Source: Takakia lepidozioides (Eukaryota > Plantae > Bryophyta). From it: a DNA stretch of 64,000 bases. Positions 61,271 through 64,000 of the stretch are shown here, in pieces. Each line of letters opens with the position of its first letter. Position 1 is the stretch's first letter. Made by a program: the position numbers and the translations under genes. Location: NCBI GenBank assembly GCA_030704615.1, contig CM060731.1:15314001-15378000 (forward strand), in the 5' to 3' direction. Under the pieces are notes generated by a model that worked only from the letters and a program-made list of their open reading frames with translations, was not told the DNA's origin and did not search any database.

Positions 61271-64000
61271 TACGATGCGCCACCCACTTCCCCCCACCCC
61301 TTGTCGGGATTCAACTGTTTGAATTTTCAAGTCAAATACACGTGCGTGTCCTGATGACTTAAAAAGATACGAAGTCCATACATGTGCTGTATCCATCTCT
61401 CCACATCGCAATTCAAAGGTCCAACTTTTTGCATTAAGATGGATATGGTGTTGAACTGTCAGCATCTTTAGTCCATTGTTGTCATGTGTAAAGTCAAAAG
61501 AGGTGGTTGTACGAGTTGCCAGTGAGTTCAGCGACCCCCTCGGAACATGAGCCTTCTAGGGTTTGCGTCTGTCACTTGGTCTCGTGTGGAGCTATCATTT
61601 GTTGATGTGTCAGATGTTATGAGTTTTGACCGTGGCCCACTAATCAGGGCATAGTGCCTGCTGCCCAAAGCTGGTAGTGGGTCTAGAGGAAGAAAGTAGA
61701 AAAAGAGAATTATTACTTCCAGGCATAGATGTAAAGTTGACTTGATGTGTAGCTACTGACCCTTTCTTGGGCTCCATCATATGCAGTAAAGAACCTTGAG
61801 GGGGTCAATATGTGAGATGTGATTGCTGACCACCAGAATATGGGTGAAAATGATGTATGGGGAAAATAGGCACAGGCGGTCAAGGTCAACCTCACCAACA
61901 TACAAGCGGAGGCGGAGCTGATGGAGTCACACGGAGATGTTCTTTGTCCTCATTGCTTTTCTCTTTTCCTCTCTCACTGTTCTACGTGACAGTGTGGGTT
62001 AGTCCCATGGGTAAGGTCCAGAATGCATCTACACAAAGCTTGGCTGGCATGATTATAAGACTTCTGGTAGGATACTCAGGTAAGTTCCAACCGTGCCCAC
62101 TGTATCCTACATGTGGAATGTAAAGTCTGAATGTTGATGGTCATTATTGGCTCAAAATTATGAGAATATTAGCATTTTGTTGAGTGATTGTTCCAATCGA
62201 CAAAGAGCTTTGTTGGTAACATGTAGTGGTAGTCTGTACAGAATCCCATGGCACTTTTGATGTAAGAAGTTAAAAGAGCAGTAGCTCACATTTTAAATGG
62301 AAAACTGTGTGTGTCATGCATTGTTGTGAGGTTCTCAGGGCTAGTATTTCAACAAATCTGGTGGTGACCTGCACACTGAGCACTGCTGCTTGGTGGAAAA
62401 CTATGCATCCTGTCAGCCTTTTGTTGTTGTGCAGGGCGTCTTCCGTCCTCCTGCTCAGAACACCAGTTTATATATCTTTTATACTCATAATTGAACAGAA
62501 TTACGAATATATCGAGCTTCTTAGTCATCTTGAGTTGAGGTAGTAGTCTTTGTAAATTTGTGAAGCTCCAGGCAGAGAAGTGGTCGTGACCTGGGATGGC
62601 CTAGGCTGATGGTGGGAGCCCAGGGCCGTTCGCTGGAGGGGGCCGGAGCCTCTCAACTCCACATTAAGTTCTGCACTCTCTACACTGACAATTCATAATC
62701 CTTAGGACCATGCCAGACGCTCCTGAAGGTGGAACAGAGAGTAGGTTGTCAGCCTTTGTATAGTAGGATGAAGCCAGCTGGGAAAAAAGGAACCCGTTTT
62801 CCCCATCTGTGGGAATAAAAGTGAGGACACATTTCTGATGGGGTTGAATTGCTACTCTTCTGAATATCTGAGTCAACTCCGCGACGAATGAAAGTCGAAG
62901 ATTCAGCCATTGGCACACTTGAAGAGGGCCCTACTGGCACTGAAGAGTAATAGTGCAATCAGATGAGACTGACTACCAACATCAACCTACGTTGGTGGAA
63001 AAAAGATGATTCAATGGGAGGCTCGGCCCAGGAAAATGCACTGTACAATCACATGCCTACCACCTCTGGAGTGCACTTGGTGTGTGCTCTATTTGGCTAT
63101 GATCTACGGACATTTTCGCTAGGGGGATATCATCAGCTCAGTGCAGTATGAGTACAACTGGAGGAAGAAACAGTGTGGGGAAAAGCTTCATGTGACAAAA
63201 GACATTTTCCACATTATGATTTGCAAGTGATTGCAGTTTCCCACCCTTCAGTTGTACTTCTCAACAGCATCAGGTCCAAGCATCATGCCATATCAAGAGC
63301 ATAAAGAGAAATGTATTTACATAGAGCCTCAGAAGTCTGATGCATCCACTGCAGGACAGGTTTTCTCTGCGAGGCCTGAAAATTGAAGGGTTATTTGGCC
63401 GCAGGGGCGTGAAAGGTTGACTAGTGGGCTGGGGAAGGTATATGGGAATTTCCTTGCTGCATGATGTCAAGATGTAATGTATAGGCAGTGAGTGGAGGGC
63501 ATTCCCGGATTTAAGGGCCTGACGCCGAGTGCGGTTGCCCCAGGGGAAGGCCGGAAAATCCGGGAATGCCCCCACACAAGGGGTACCCTGCGTACAGAAA
63601 TGCCAATTTAAAAAACTAATGTCTGGTGCATTCTGCATTACGGAATGCACTCGATGGAGCTGATGGGGTGCAACCCCATGAATTTTGCGTTTTAATGGCA
63701 CGATAAATGCAAACAATTTTTTTTTGCAGTGCTTTACAGCAAGATGTATTTTTACCATTTGTTCATGAAAATTGTGTCATTCATCATGGGCCGTAGGATT
63801 AATGATAATATATGACTTATAATGTTGTATAATTCATGGATTTCTTGGCAGATCACTATTGCTTTGTTGGCGTGCCCAAAGGCAGAGACTATGGGTTCTC
63901 CCTATTGTCATGGGACCAGCTTTTCACGGGACCAATCTTTGTTGGATGAAATACATTATCAATTTATGGGTGAAATACAATTAAAATTGGATGAGTTTTT

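Noticed and set aside
63420-64000. Possible hAT/MITE left end (TAGTGGGCTGGG..)
   Set aside because: No partner TIR or TSD visible before the window ends.

Overview
Eukaryotic land-plant nuclear DNA, probably a bryophyte or other seed-free plant (spliceosomal genes, moss-style PLS-DYW PPR gene; inference). The left ~32 kb is a nested transposon block; the right ~32 kb is gene-rich: a DUF2921 pseudogene, a decaying PPR-DYW editing factor, an unknown type-I membrane protein, condensin II CAP-H2 and a PNISR-like SR protein with an intronic hAT element. Two systems stand out. (1) A large TIR DNA transposon family with termini CCYRGTTATCA and an 8-bp TSD. A >11.8-kb copy (right end at 11831, left end off-window) carries a RING-H2 gene, a protein-kinase gene and, between them, a cluster of 5-6 mutually unrelated imperfect hairpins. 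Dense GCGACCGCC-Nx-GGCGGTCGC palindrome arrays lie upstream of both genes. A complete 3.6-kb non-coding derivative lies at 22476-26103. (2) Two overlapping fragments of a Ty3/Gypsy-type pol in which a DNMT3/DRM-like cytosine-5 methyltransferase sits in the same frame as, and upstream of, reverse transcriptase (inferred order PR-MTase-RT). All TE coding sequences here are degenerate. All alignments were done by eye; no database searches were run.
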